From an uncultured Anaerolineaceae bacterium (GTDB lineage Bacteria; Chloroflexota; Anaerolineae; Anaerolineales; UBA4823): a stretch of DNA of 64,000 bases. Below the pieces are notes generated by a model. The model made no database searches. It saw only the letters and a program-made list of their open reading frames with translations, and was not told where the DNA came from. Below, piece by piece: positions 46,280 to 54,730 of the stretch. The stretch covers positions 34,702 through 98,701 of the forward strand of contig CAYNWK010000003.1 of the NCBI GenBank assembly GCA_964400875.1. The letters are read 5' to 3'. A program made the translations under genes and the position numbers. Numbering within the stretch: the stretch's first letter is position 1; every line of letters starts with the position of its first letter.

Positions 46280-46591
46280 ATGAACGATACAGACCACGAT
46301 AACCCTAACGAACTCGCCGCTTCCAGCTACGCCTGTCCGGAATGCCAGGCCGGGGTGATGCGTATGAGCTCCCTCACTTATTTCACCTGGCTGAGCGAAG
46401 AACTGATCACCGTGCCGAATTTTCCCGCCTGGGTGTGTGACCTGTGCGGTCGGCGTGAATATGACCCCCGGGCGCTGACCTGGCTGAACACGCTGCTCAG
46501 CCCGCAGACCGGTCGACGCGCCGCCCGAAAAGTACCGCGCCGCAACCGACCCCCCGACACCGACCGGCTGACCCCAAAAACAACTGCTTAA
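46280..46591 (+). CDS. YgiT-type (MqsA N-terminal-like) zinc-finger protein with a basic tail
   Basis: CPECQAG…(about 35 aa)…CDLCGRREYD zinc-ribbon pattern and a C-terminal RRAARKVPRRNRPP tail. No HTH domain. Confidence 0.65.
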   Translation: MNDTDHDNPNELAASSYACPECQAGVMRMSSLTYFTWLSEELITVPNFPAWVCDLCGRREYDPRALTWLNTLLSPQTGRRAARKVPRRNRPPDTDRLTPKTTA

Positions 46592-46599
46592 ATATTGAA

Positions 46600-46684
46600 C
46601 TCGCGCGCTTTGGGAAGAAGTGAGCAAGTTTGGGTGGGTGTTACCCGCCCAAACCTGCCAACTTCCCCAGCGAACTCCCTAACG
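46600..46684. repeat. Intergenic nested-palindrome repeat, copy I (reverse orientation)
   Basis: ctcgcgcgctttgggaagaagtgagcaagtttgggtgggtgttacccgcccaaacctgccaacttccccagcgaactccctaacg. Confidence 0.75.
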
Positions 46685-46699
46685 CTAAAGGAAAAGTAA

Positions 46700-47338
46700 A
46701 TGGACGAAGCAGAACTTCGCCGTGAGATCGTCTCGATCGCGGCGAAGATGTACGCGCGCGGCTATATCGCCGGCCTGGCGGGCAACCTTTCGGCGCGCCT
46801 GCCGGACGGCGGGATCCTGGTAACCCCGGCGGGCGCTCACAAAGCGGATCTAACGCCGGAGCAGCTGCTGGAGGTTGACGAAGACGGCCGGGTAACCCGT
46901 GGTGCGGAGGATCTTCAGCCGACTTCCGAATTACCGATGCACCTGGAAGCCTACCGCCGTCGCCCGGATGTAAGCGCTGTGATCCACGCCCACCCGGTTG
47001 CTTGTGTCGCCTTGTCGCTGGTCGGCCTGGGACTGGATCAGCCTCTGATCCCCGAATCTATCGTGCTGCTCGGCAAGGTGCCGACCACGCCCTACGCGAC
47101 TCCTTCAAGCGAGGAAAACCGCCAGGTCATCGCCGGCCTGATCGAGCGCCACGACGCTTTGATCCTGGCGCACCATGGAGCGCTCACCGTCGGCCGCGAC
47201 CTGGCGGAGGCTTACCACCGTCTGGAGACCCTGGAGCACACCGCCCAGATCGTCGCACTGGCCCACCAGCTGGGCGAGCCGCGCTCGCTCACCCCAGAAG
47301 CGCTGGAGAAGCTGCGGGCGATGCGTAAGGATCTTTAA
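46700..47338 (+). CDS. Class II aldolase/adducin-family protein (fuculose-phosphate aldolase / MTRu-1-P dehydratase-like)
   Basis: …GNLSARL…, VIHAHP…ALS and …ILAHHGALTVG… metal-binding His pattern. Confidence 0.85.
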   Translation: MDEAELRREIVSIAAKMYARGYIAGLAGNLSARLPDGGILVTPAGAHKADLTPEQLLEVDEDGRVTRGAEDLQPTSELPMHLEAYRRRPDVSAVIHAHPVACVALSLVGLGLDQPLIPESIVLLGKVPTTPYATPSSEENRQVIAGLIERHDALILAHHGALTVGRDLAEAYHRLETLEHTAQIVALAHQLGEPRSLTPEALEKLRAMRKDL

Positions 47339-47616
47339 AACCGGACCGGCAGCGCGCTCAAACCGTACAGGCTAGTCGTGTTCCAGACCAGCTGGCCGGG
47401 TTCGACGGCCAATTCTAAATCCGGGAGGTGGCTCAGCAAGGTGGGAATGGCAACCGTCCCTTCCATGCGCGCGTCCTCATCAGCGACGCCGAAGAACAGC
47501 TGCCTGATCCAGCCTCGGAAGCGGTTGCGGTCCACAACCGGAACGCCGAGCATTGCGGAGATCATCGTGATGGGGATGGGAAAAGCATACCGTTGGACCA
47601 GCTTCCGTATTCCCCC
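47335..47616 (-). pseudogene. Cytochrome P450 gene relic lacking the N-terminus and the I-helix-to-heme-loop core
   Basis: The open frame reads …LVQRYAFPIPITIMISAMLGVPVVDRNRFRGW… (a P450 F/G-region signature, FxxPLPxxVIxxLLGVPxxDRxxFxxW). This joins directly to …LLSHLPDLELAVEPGQLVWNTTSLYGLSALPVRF* (a P450 C-terminal signature). There is no ExxR and no FxxGxxxC heme loop. Confidence 0.65.
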
Positions 47617-47627
47617 TTACGCCCAGC

Positions 47628-48164
47628 CTACAGTTTGAGATGCGGCTGCGCCAGCAGCAGCGCGGCCAGCGACTTGGCGTCGTGGATCGCCCCCTCGGAG
47701 GCCATCCGCAAAACCTCGCCTAACGGCACCTGTTCCACGCTGAGCACCTCGTCCTCGTCGGCTTCCAGCGGGGCAGGGCTCAGATCCCGCGCCAGGAAGA
47801 CGTACATGTACTCGGTAGAATAGCCCGGCGCCAGGAAGAAGGCGCCGATTTTTTGCAGTCGCCCCGCCGCCATGCCGATTTCCTCGCGTAGCTCGCGCTG
47901 GGCGCAGGCCTCCGGCGCTTCGCCCTTCTCGACCACCCCGGCGGGCAGCTCCAGCAGCTCCCGTCCGGCTGCGTGGCGGTACTGGCGCACAAACCAGACC
48001 TGCTCTTCCGCGTCCACCGGGAGCAGGGCGACGGCAGGTTCGTGCTCGACGATGTCCAGCCGGGTTTGGGCGCCGTTGGGCAGGCGCACCTGGTCGCGGC
48101 GCACGTCGAAGACCCGGCCCTGGTAAACGGTTTCAGATTGGATGGTTTCAAAAGCCATAGACAC
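47628..48164 (-). CDS. ADP-ribose pyrophosphatase-type NUDIX hydrolase
   Basis: Nudix box GVVEKGEAPEACAQRELREEIG. Confidence 0.88.
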   Translation of the reverse strand: MSMAFETIQSETVYQGRVFDVRRDQVRLPNGAQTRLDIVEHEPAVALLPVDAEEQVWFVRQYRHAAGRELLELPAGVVEKGEAPEACAQRELREEIGMAAGRLQKIGAFFLAPGYSTEYMYVFLARDLSPAPLEADEDEVLSVEQVPLGEVLRMASEGAIHDAKSLAALLLAQPHLKL

Positions 48165-48171
48165 CTTCCGG

Positions 48172-48218
48172 TAAAAAAAGAGAGCGTAACGGAAAGGCGT
48201 CGCCTTTCCGTTACGCTC
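48172..48218 (-). terminator. Intrinsic terminator of the LysM lipoprotein gene
   Basis: A perfect 18-bp stem gagcgtaacggaaaggcg/cgcctttccgttacgctc, followed on the minus strand by TCTTTTTTT. Confidence 0.8.
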
Positions 48219-48244
48219 ATGGATTAGTTAAAACTTCAGACCGA

Positions 48245-48922
48245 TCAGGGGATCTGCAGGGTGTCGCCCGCGTTGATGTCGGAAGCCCCGCTCAGACCGT
48301 TGACCTGGATGATGGCCTCCGGAGAAACGTCGCCGTACAGGCAGGCGATCTTACCCAGCGTGTCGCCGGACTGCACAGTGTAGGAAGCCGGGTGATCTCG
48401 CAGGGTGCGCTCTCCAGCAAAGCCGTTGCCAGTTTGCGGGATTTTCAGGTTTGTACCGACGCCTGGTATTGAGTTCAGACCCAGGCCGCTAAGGTTGAGC
48501 AGCTCGTATTGGTTCACGTCGAAACGGCGGGCGATGCAGAAGGGAAATTCACCCTTGGTGAGCGTGTAATTCTTGGGGATGCCGGCAGTGGGTTTGAATT
48601 CAGGAGCCGGCGTGTTGGTTGGCGGGACGGGCGTCGCCGTGGGCGCCTCGACCCCACCGCCACTTTCCCCTTCATTTTCATTGGTGGGTTCTGCGGTCGC
48701 TTCCGACCCGTTAGATTGTTCTTCCGTCGGCTCTTGCACGCCGCCGCCAGCTGCGGCGGTCTGCGTAGCGATATTGCCGAGCTCGCTTTGCAGCGTGCCC
48801 ATCGGGCCCGTATCTACCGTCGGGGAGGACGGAGGGGGAGTGGAAGCGGAAAGCTCGCAGGCCGCCAGTCCGAAAGCCAACAACGCCAACGTTAGGAGTG
48901 CGAGAAATTGTTTGGGTGTCAT
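48245..48922 (-). CDS. Lipoprotein with two LysM domains
   Basis: Lipobox LAAC, a low-complexity linker, then two LysM repeats (YTLTKGEFPFCIARRF…, YTVQSGDTLGKIACLY…). ATG at 48922 after AGGAGG. Confidence 0.85.
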   Translation of the reverse strand: MTPKQFLALLTLALLAFGLAACELSASTPPPSSPTVDTGPMGTLQSELGNIATQTAAAGGGVQEPTEEQSNGSEATAEPTNENEGESGGGVEAPTATPVPPTNTPAPEFKPTAGIPKNYTLTKGEFPFCIARRFDVNQYELLNLSGLGLNSIPGVGTNLKIPQTGNGFAGERTLRDHPASYTVQSGDTLGKIACLYGDVSPEAIIQVNGLSGASDINAGDTLQIP

Positions 48923-49114
48923 AGTTCTCCTCCTGAAGAGAAACACCGGATGGTCCGATGACTGCCGCCAAACGCAAGCGCCTGGCCTTGCTGGTAAGTT
49001 TAGCTTGGATTCGCAAACTTAATTACATTTTTTCTTGCTTTGACCATGATACTAGCACAATCCACAGGCGGCGTCAAGCGGAACTTGCCCTTCTTTTAGC
49101 TCGCCGCAGGGTTA

Positions 49115-49720
49115 TCAGCCCATCTCTTGCCGCCCGGCTAAGGCACGCAGCAAGGTATTTTGATCGGCGTACTCCAGGTCGCCGCCCACCGGCAGGCCGC
49201 GCGCCAGGCGGGTGACCCGCACGCCCATGGGCAGCAGCTGCTGGCGCAGGTACATTGCCGTGGCGTCCCCTTCCATGCTCGGGTTGGTCGCCAGAATAAC
49301 CTCGCTAACCTCGCCCTGCTGCACTCGCTGGAGAAGCTGGCGTATCTTGAGATCCTCTGGGCCAATGCCCTCGATAGGCGACAGCGCACCTTGCAGCACG
49401 TGGTAAACGCCCGGAAAGCCCTCGGTGCGTTCCAGAGCCAGCACGTCCAGAGGCTCCTCGACGATGCAGATCAGGCTTTGGTCCCGGTCCGGGTTGGCGC
49501 ACACCTCGCATAAGGTGCGCCCGGCGGTCGTGATGTTGAAGCAGCGCTGGCAGTCGGTCGTGCCGCTCTTGAGCGTACTCAGGGCGCGGGCCAGTTCCTC
49601 CGGCAGGTCGTCGCTGGTGCGCAGCATGTAAAAGGTCAGCCGGGAAGCGGTTTTCGGGCCGATCCCGGGCAGCCGGGAGAAGGCATTGATCAGATCCTGT
49701 ATCGGTGCCGGTAAGAGCAT
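49115..49720 (-). CDS. recR: Recombination protein RecR
   Basis: HhH N-terminus, C4 zinc finger CQRCFNIT…CEVC and a Toprim domain (ICIVEEPLDVLALE). Confidence 0.95.
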   Translation of the reverse strand: MLLPAPIQDLINAFSRLPGIGPKTASRLTFYMLRTSDDLPEELARALSTLKSGTTDCQRCFNITTAGRTLCEVCANPDRDQSLICIVEEPLDVLALERTEGFPGVYHVLQGALSPIEGIGPEDLKIRQLLQRVQQGEVSEVILATNPSMEGDATAMYLRQQLLPMGVRVTRLARGLPVGGDLEYADQNTLLRALAGRQEMG

Positions 49721-49796
49721 GGTTTGCGCCGTGCGTCAATAAGGGTGCAAGAATAGGGCCAACCCAGCCGGGACGTGCGGGCTGGCTGGGCGAGCC

Positions 49797-50126
49797 TTAA
49801 AAGGGCAAACCGGAAGCCAGCGGGCCGAGCCGTTCGGCAGCCATCTCGCGCGATTGGTCCAGGGCGGTGTTGAAGGCGGTCAGCATCAGGTCTTGCAACA
49901 TTTCTACGTCGGCGTCTTCCAGCAGGTCAGAGTCGATCTCGACGGACCTGACGTGCTGATCGCCGGTCATGACGACCTTAATCGCGCCGCCGCCCACCGA
50001 GGCCTCTACGGTCTCTTCGGCCAGCTTAGCCTGGGTCTCTTCGATCTGCTGCTGGAGCTGCTGAAGCTGCTGCATCATGCCCCCAGCCCCGCCGGCGCCT
50101 TTCGGTTTATTAAATCCTTTCGCCAT
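49797..50126 (-). CDS. ybaB: Nucleoid-associated protein YbaB/EbfC
   Basis: …MMQQLQQLQQQIEETQAKL…GGGAIKVVMTGDQHV…, in the conserved dnaX-ybaB-recR context. ATG at 50126 after GGAGG. Confidence 0.9.
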   Translation of the reverse strand: MAKGFNKPKGAGGAGGMMQQLQQLQQQIEETQAKLAEETVEASVGGGAIKVVMTGDQHVRSVEIDSDLLEDADVEMLQDLMLTAFNTALDQSREMAAERLGPLASGLPF

Positions 50127-50208
50127 AGTTTCCTCCAAATTAGTTGCCAGGGGAGTTCGGGCAGGCGTAGCCTGCCCGAACTCCCCTAATTTTTCCTGTT
50201 TCACACCC

Positions 50209-51801
50209 CTACTGCACGTCCACGATCTCCCCGCCCAGATCGCGCAGGGCAGCAGCTACCATCCCGTCGCTGTCCACTTCGGGTGGGATGGTGTTGCGCC
50301 CGGCGGAGGTGATCACGCAGCGGATGGTGATCTCCCTTTCGAAGACCTGGTTGAGCACTTGCTGGGCGACCGAGATATTCTCTTCTTTGATCATCTGGTT
50401 TTTTAAAATATCGCTGGCGAAGCCCAGGATGAGCACGTTCTCTTTTAAATGGCGCACCTGGGTTGAGTTGAGCAGGCCGTACGTGCTGGCGTTGATGGCG
50501 CGTGCCTGGTTGAGGATCTTTCCCCACTGGCTCTCCAGCGCCTCGCTGGCCTGAGTGGTCTCCAAGCTTTCTTGCTCCCCGGGCGCCTCTACCCCGGCAG
50601 GCGGCGCGCTGTCCGCCCCCGCGCGGCGAGCTTTGCGGCGCGTTTTAGCGGACTGCTCCGTTTCGGAGGGTGGGCTGGCGCCTGCGGGTTGGGTCTGGTT
50701 CGGCGCGATCGCTGCAAGGTCCGCCTGCCCTTCGATGCACTCCACCACTGCCATCTCCAGGGGTAGGGACGGCTGCCAGGTCGCCCGGGCGTCGTTGGCT
50801 GCGTGGTTGAAGCTGTGGATCACCCGCAGCAGCTCGGGCAGCTCGAAGGCCCGAGCATGCTTTTCCATTTGGAGTTTGACCTCGCCTGTAGCGTCCACCT
50901 GGTTGGCGTTGCCTGCCCGGATCAACAACAAGTTGCGCAGGTACTCGACGATCTGCCTTCCGAACTGGCGCGGGTCGCTGCCCGCATCCAGGGCGGTGTG
51001 GATCTGGTCCAGGCCGGCGGCTGGGTCCTTGGCCAGCACCGCCTCGATCACGGACAGGATGGACTGGCTGGTCGCGGTGCCCAGCACGGACTGGGCCATC
51101 TCCAGGCTGATCTCTCTGCCGGTAGAAGCCAGCTGGTCGAGCAGCGAGATGGCGTCGCGCAGGCTGCCGGTGGCTTGCCGGGCGATCAGCTCCAGCGCCT
51201 CCGGCGCGGGGTCCAGTTCCTCACTGGCGGCGATCTCCTTCAGGTGGGCGACAATGTCGTTCACCGGGATGCGCCGGAACTCGTGCCGCTGGCAGCGCGA
51301 CAGCACCGTGGCGGGGATCTTGTGCACCTCGGTGGTCGCCAGGATGAAGATGGCGTGGGAGGGGGGCTCTTCCAGCGTCTTGAGCAGGGCGTTGAAGGCC
51401 GCAGTGGAGAGCATGTGCACTTCGTCTACCACGTAGACCTTGTAGCGGCCCTGGTTGGGGGAGAAGTTGATCTTATCGCGCAGGTCGCGCACGTCGTCCA
51501 CGCTGGTGTTGGAGGCTGCGTCGATCTCGATCAGGTCTAAAAAACGCCCGGCGTTGACCGCCAGGCAGTTCTCACACTGGTTGCATGGGCGCACCGCCAG
51601 ATCAGGATCCAGGCAGTTGACCGCCTTAGCCAGCAGGCGCGCTGTGGTGGTCTTGCCGGTGCCGCGCGGCCCGGCGAACAGGTAAGCGTGAGCAACGCGC
51701 TCGCCGGACACCGCGTTGCGCAGCGTGGTGATGACGTGCTCTTGCCCGACGACAGCTTCCCAGCTGCTCGGGCGCCATTTGCGGTATAACGCCTGGGACA
51801 T
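50209..51801 (-). CDS. dnaX: DNA polymerase III subunit gamma/tau
   Basis: Walker A GPRGTGKTT, a zinc module CNQCENC and VYVVDEVHMLS. Confidence 0.95.
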   Translation of the reverse strand: MSQALYRKWRPSSWEAVVGQEHVITTLRNAVSGERVAHAYLFAGPRGTGKTTTARLLAKAVNCLDPDLAVRPCNQCENCLAVNAGRFLDLIEIDAASNTSVDDVRDLRDKINFSPNQGRYKVYVVDEVHMLSTAAFNALLKTLEEPPSHAIFILATTEVHKIPATVLSRCQRHEFRRIPVNDIVAHLKEIAASEELDPAPEALELIARQATGSLRDAISLLDQLASTGREISLEMAQSVLGTATSQSILSVIEAVLAKDPAAGLDQIHTALDAGSDPRQFGRQIVEYLRNLLLIRAGNANQVDATGEVKLQMEKHARAFELPELLRVIHSFNHAANDARATWQPSLPLEMAVVECIEGQADLAAIAPNQTQPAGASPPSETEQSAKTRRKARRAGADSAPPAGVEAPGEQESLETTQASEALESQWGKILNQARAINASTYGLLNSTQVRHLKENVLILGFASDILKNQMIKEENISVAQQVLNQVFEREITIRCVITSAGRNTIPPEVDSDGMVAAALRDLGGEIVDVQ

Positions 51802-51803
51802 GT

Positions 51804-52247
51804 TTAAAGTGTATCAGAGTGCGGCTTGCCGGTCAACTCGGACAGCAACCGGTCGGCGTTGATCCGTTTCATTTGAAAACTATCCAGGGGCGCTTCCAGG
51901 TTGTAAGCGGCGATCTTTTTGTTGAGCGCCTCGACCCGCTCGCGGAAGCGGTTTACCGCGCGCGCCCATTCTTCTTTCCCCATCGGGTCGTCAGCCGGCG
52001 TGGACTGGCGCCATTCCCAGGCCCGGCGCAGATCGGCCCTGGCCTGCTCTTGATCGGTTTCGATCTCCTTACGGGTTTCGATCCACGGGAGGCTGTAGCC
52101 GGCGTTGCGCAGCATGCGGTGCGCCGTGCGCCACCCGGGGTCTTCCAGGGAATCGTCTTCCAGGCGCAGGGGCTTGCCTTTGCCGGGGAGGTTATCGAAT
52201 TTACCTTCTTCCATCGCCCGGCGGATGTGCTCGTCTATATTGGGCAT
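51804..52247 (-). CDS. DUF1992 (DnaJC28-like) protein
   Basis: IDEHIRRAMEEGKFDNLPGKGKPL N-terminal hallmark. Confidence 0.8.
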   Translation of the reverse strand: MPNIDEHIRRAMEEGKFDNLPGKGKPLRLEDDSLEDPGWRTAHRMLRNAGYSLPWIETRKEIETDQEQARADLRRAWEWRQSTPADDPMGKEEWARAVNRFRERVEALNKKIAAYNLEAPLDSFQMKRINADRLLSELTGKPHSDTL

Positions 52248-52248
52248 C

Positions 52249-53094
52249 TCAGGGCACCGTATAGGTGGTGTGCACGTTCCCGTCGGCGTCGAGCAGCACG
52301 ACCGTCTCGCCTGAGTCCCACACCGGCGCGTCCAGACCCCAGTACAGCTCCACGACGGTGGACTGCCCGGAGCGGGTGTACAGGTTGACCGCCCCGCCTT
52401 CGAACAAGTTGAGCTGCGGGAAGGTAAACACCGCGCCGTCTTCCTCCAGTAGCTGCCAGCCGGCCAGGGAAAGCTCGCCCGGTCCGGTGCGGACCAGCTT
52501 GACCCGTTCGGAGCTCAGATCGCCGGCCCCGACTACGCTCTCGATGGTCACCCCGCCGGGGCCAGGCTTGGGCGTCTGTGTGGAACCGGCGGCGTCGGTC
52601 GCCGCCGGCGTTTCGAGTTCCGCTTCCGGAAGCGCCGTGCGTTCCGTATCGACGGCCACTTCCACCGGCTGCGGGATCATCAAGACCTGCCCGACTTCCA
52701 GGGTATCGGCGTCTTCGAGATCGTTGGCTTTGAGGATTTCGGCCACGCTCACGTCGAACTCCACCGCGATCCCGCCCAGCGTGTCGCCGGCCTGGACCTG
52801 GTATTCGACCAGCTCGACGCCGGGAGCCAGCTCAGGCGTAGGTTCTTCGGTGGGATCGAGCTGGGTGGGCTCCGCCGCCGCCGGCGTGGTCTGGGAGGGC
52901 TGTCCCCCGAGCCCAGCCGAGGCGTTGATGGTCAGCGCCGGTGTGGCGGTGGTTTGCGCCAGCGCGGCGCTGTTCGGCAGCGCTTCCGCCGGCCCGCGCG
53001 CCCGGTCCCACATCGCCAGCACGGCTAAGGTGGTGCAGGCCGAAACCAGCACGTTGATCAGCAGATAATAGGCCAAACGTTTCCATCTTTTCAT
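52249..53094 (-). CDS. Membrane-anchored LysM plus lamin-tail-domain (LTD) protein
   Basis: N-terminal TM segment, LysM (YQVQAGDTLGGIAVEF…) and a C-terminal LTD-like beta domain (…ERVKLVRTGPGELSLAGWQL…). Confidence 0.75.
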   Translation of the reverse strand: MKRWKRLAYYLLINVLVSACTTLAVLAMWDRARGPAEALPNSAALAQTTATPALTINASAGLGGQPSQTTPAAAEPTQLDPTEEPTPELAPGVELVEYQVQAGDTLGGIAVEFDVSVAEILKANDLEDADTLEVGQVLMIPQPVEVAVDTERTALPEAELETPAATDAAGSTQTPKPGPGGVTIESVVGAGDLSSERVKLVRTGPGELSLAGWQLLEEDGAVFTFPQLNLFEGGAVNLYTRSGQSTVVELYWGLDAPVWDSGETVVLLDADGNVHTTYTVP

Positions 53095-53207
53095 AGTTGT
53101 TTTCCCGGGTCGAGCGCCGCTCGAATCATAGCATATTCTCGCCGTACGGACAATCCAATGGATGATCCGAATTGACTTCCAACCTGATTGCCGCTACAAT
53201 CACCGCC

Positions 53208-53684
53208 ATGCCCTACCTGATCGACGGTCATAACCTGATCCCTAAAGCCGGCCTCTCCCTGGGGGCCATCGACGATGAAGAGCAGCTGATCCTGCTGTTG
53301 CAAGAATTCTGCCGACGCAGCCGCAAAAACGTGGAAGTTTTCTTCGACAACGCCCCGCCGGGGGAGCAGCGCGTCCAGAGCTACGGGCGGGTCAAGGCGC
53401 GCTTCGTCCGCCATGGACTAACCGCTGACCGAGCGATCCAACGCCGACTGGCTACCCTGGGACGCGCTGGGCGCAACTGGACCGTGGTCAGCTCGGACCA
53501 CGCTGTGCAAGCCTCGGCGCGCGCGGCCCGGGCCAGCATCGTCTCCTCCGAGCAGTTCGCCCTGGACCTGCGCGAAGCCCTGGAGGCTGAAAGCAGGGTT
53601 GAGCGCGACGAGAAGGCCCCGATGAGTCCGGACGAGCTGGAAGAATGGCTGGCGCTCTTCGAGGACGGCGATTCAGACAACTAG
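53208..53684 (+). CDS. NYN-domain RNA-binding/RNase protein (YacP/Rae1-like)
   Basis: MPYLIDGHNLI… N-terminus and …VVSSDHAVQ…, typical of the YacP-like NYN family. Confidence 0.75.
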   Translation: MPYLIDGHNLIPKAGLSLGAIDDEEQLILLLQEFCRRSRKNVEVFFDNAPPGEQRVQSYGRVKARFVRHGLTADRAIQRRLATLGRAGRNWTVVSSDHAVQASARAARASIVSSEQFALDLREALEAESRVERDEKAPMSPDELEEWLALFEDGDSDN

Positions 53685-53706
53685 TAAGCCTTAAATAGGT
53701 AGGAGA

Positions 53707-53787
53707 TACGCAGTTCGCCGGGAAAATGGGGGTGTTGGGGCGGGTCTCGCCTGCCTATACACCCCACTTCTTCCATCAAGTGTGCGA
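53707..53787. repeat. Intergenic nested-palindrome repeat, copy J
   Basis: tacgcagttcgccgggaaaatgggggtgttggggcgggtctcgcctgcctatacaccccacttcttccatcaagtgtgcga. Confidence 0.8.
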
Positions 53788-53975
53788 GACCTAATAGGAT
53801 AAATTCTGTCTAATTTCTAATCTTATTTTAATGTATGCGCGCGATCGGATCGGGTATAGTTAAATCACTGACACCTACCCTCCCTTTTACTGGTATATCA
53901 GGTGTCTGACCACCGGGTGCATAAAGCCGTTCGCGTCCCCCCGTGTTACGACTTTCCGGTGGCCCTCCTTAGATT

Positions 53976-54011
53976 GCCGGACGTGTCCCCCCCACGTCCG
54001 GCGCTTTGTTT
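53976..54011 (+). terminator. Orphan intrinsic-terminator-like hairpin
   Basis: gccggacgtg tcccccc cacgtccggc, followed by gctttgttt. It lies about 290 nt after the nearest upstream stop and 135 nt before the next start. Confidence 0.5.
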
Positions 54012-54146
54012 AATCTCAGTACTGATCTAGATTCGAGCGCCTGAAACCATTCACCGGCTGGAGCCATAGATCGATTTGCTCCGGCTGCTTCGTAAGCGCG
54101 TTTCGTACCGATCCTGGAGAAAATGGCTGGTAAACTAGACGGGTAA

Positions 54147-54614
54147 ATGAAAAATTCTTGCCCCGAATGCGGCGCGATGCTCCCCGAGGGCGGCGCTTGC
54201 ATAGATAACTTTTACGACTTGTTATACTTGGAGGCCGAGGCAGCTGCCGTAGGAGATGAAACCCTGGGCGAAGGAGACCAGGTCGCGCACTTCTACGCGG
54301 TCAGCGCCTATGTTTTGCAGCATCCGGAGGGTATGAACTATTCCCCCGAAGCGCTCTCCGGTTTACGCCGGGCGCTCGCCGATCACCTGGCCGGGCGCGC
54401 CTCCCTGGAGGCGGTGCGGCGCCAGGTGCGTAACGCCGCCCAGGGCCCAGCCCGGGTCACCCGCCGAGACCCTGAACTGCCGGTGCGCTGGCCGGTCGAG
54501 AACTGGCCGATGACCGTCGCCGACCTGCTCGCCGGCGGCGTCGAGGGCTACGCCGGGCAGGCAGCCGCCTGGGCGGAATCCGTATTGCAAACCCTGGATC
54601 AAACTGCCCCTTGA
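54147..54614 (+). CDS. Hypothetical zinc-ribbon protein (possibly DUF5946-like)
   Basis: N-terminal CPECGA…GGAC ribbon followed by …HFYAVSAYVLQHP…. The family assignment is from memory only. Confidence 0.6.
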   Translation: MKNSCPECGAMLPEGGACIDNFYDLLYLEAEAAAVGDETLGEGDQVAHFYAVSAYVLQHPEGMNYSPEALSGLRRALADHLAGRASLEAVRRQVRNAAQGPARVTRRDPELPVRWPVENWPMTVADLLAGGVEGYAGQAAAWAESVLQTLDQTAP

Positions 54615-54730
54615 CGGTTGATTTTTATCCACGAATGCCACGAATGGGATAAATTCTGGTTTTATCCGTGCAATCTGCGAAATCTGTTGATCAACCTAAC
54701 AACCTCCGGAGGCCGTAAAGGACATAATAC

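Noticed and set aside
50209-51801. Programmed frameshift or transcriptional slippage site in dnaX (gamma versus tau)
   Set aside because: I saw no A AAA AAG-type heptamer or long A-run in the region following domain III, so there is nothing to support a frameshift.
53976-54011. Guanidine-III (ykkC-III)-like CCGGACG motif
   Set aside because: Only a simple hairpin is present. The pseudoknot partner segments of that class are missing.
53860-54146. SRP (4.5S/scRNA) gene, which lies near dnaX in some Firmicutes
   Set aside because: The minus strand contains GAAGCAGCC, but the conserved GGAA tetraloop / AGGUCCGGAAGGAAGCAGCC helix-8 context is absent. The locus is also not adjacent to dnaX.
53797-54657. 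12-nt direct repeat ggataaattctg (53797-53808 and 54646-54657) as island boundaries
   Set aside because: Roughly 100 exact 12-mer coincidences are expected by chance among all pairs in a 64-kb window, and the flanking sequence is not similar.
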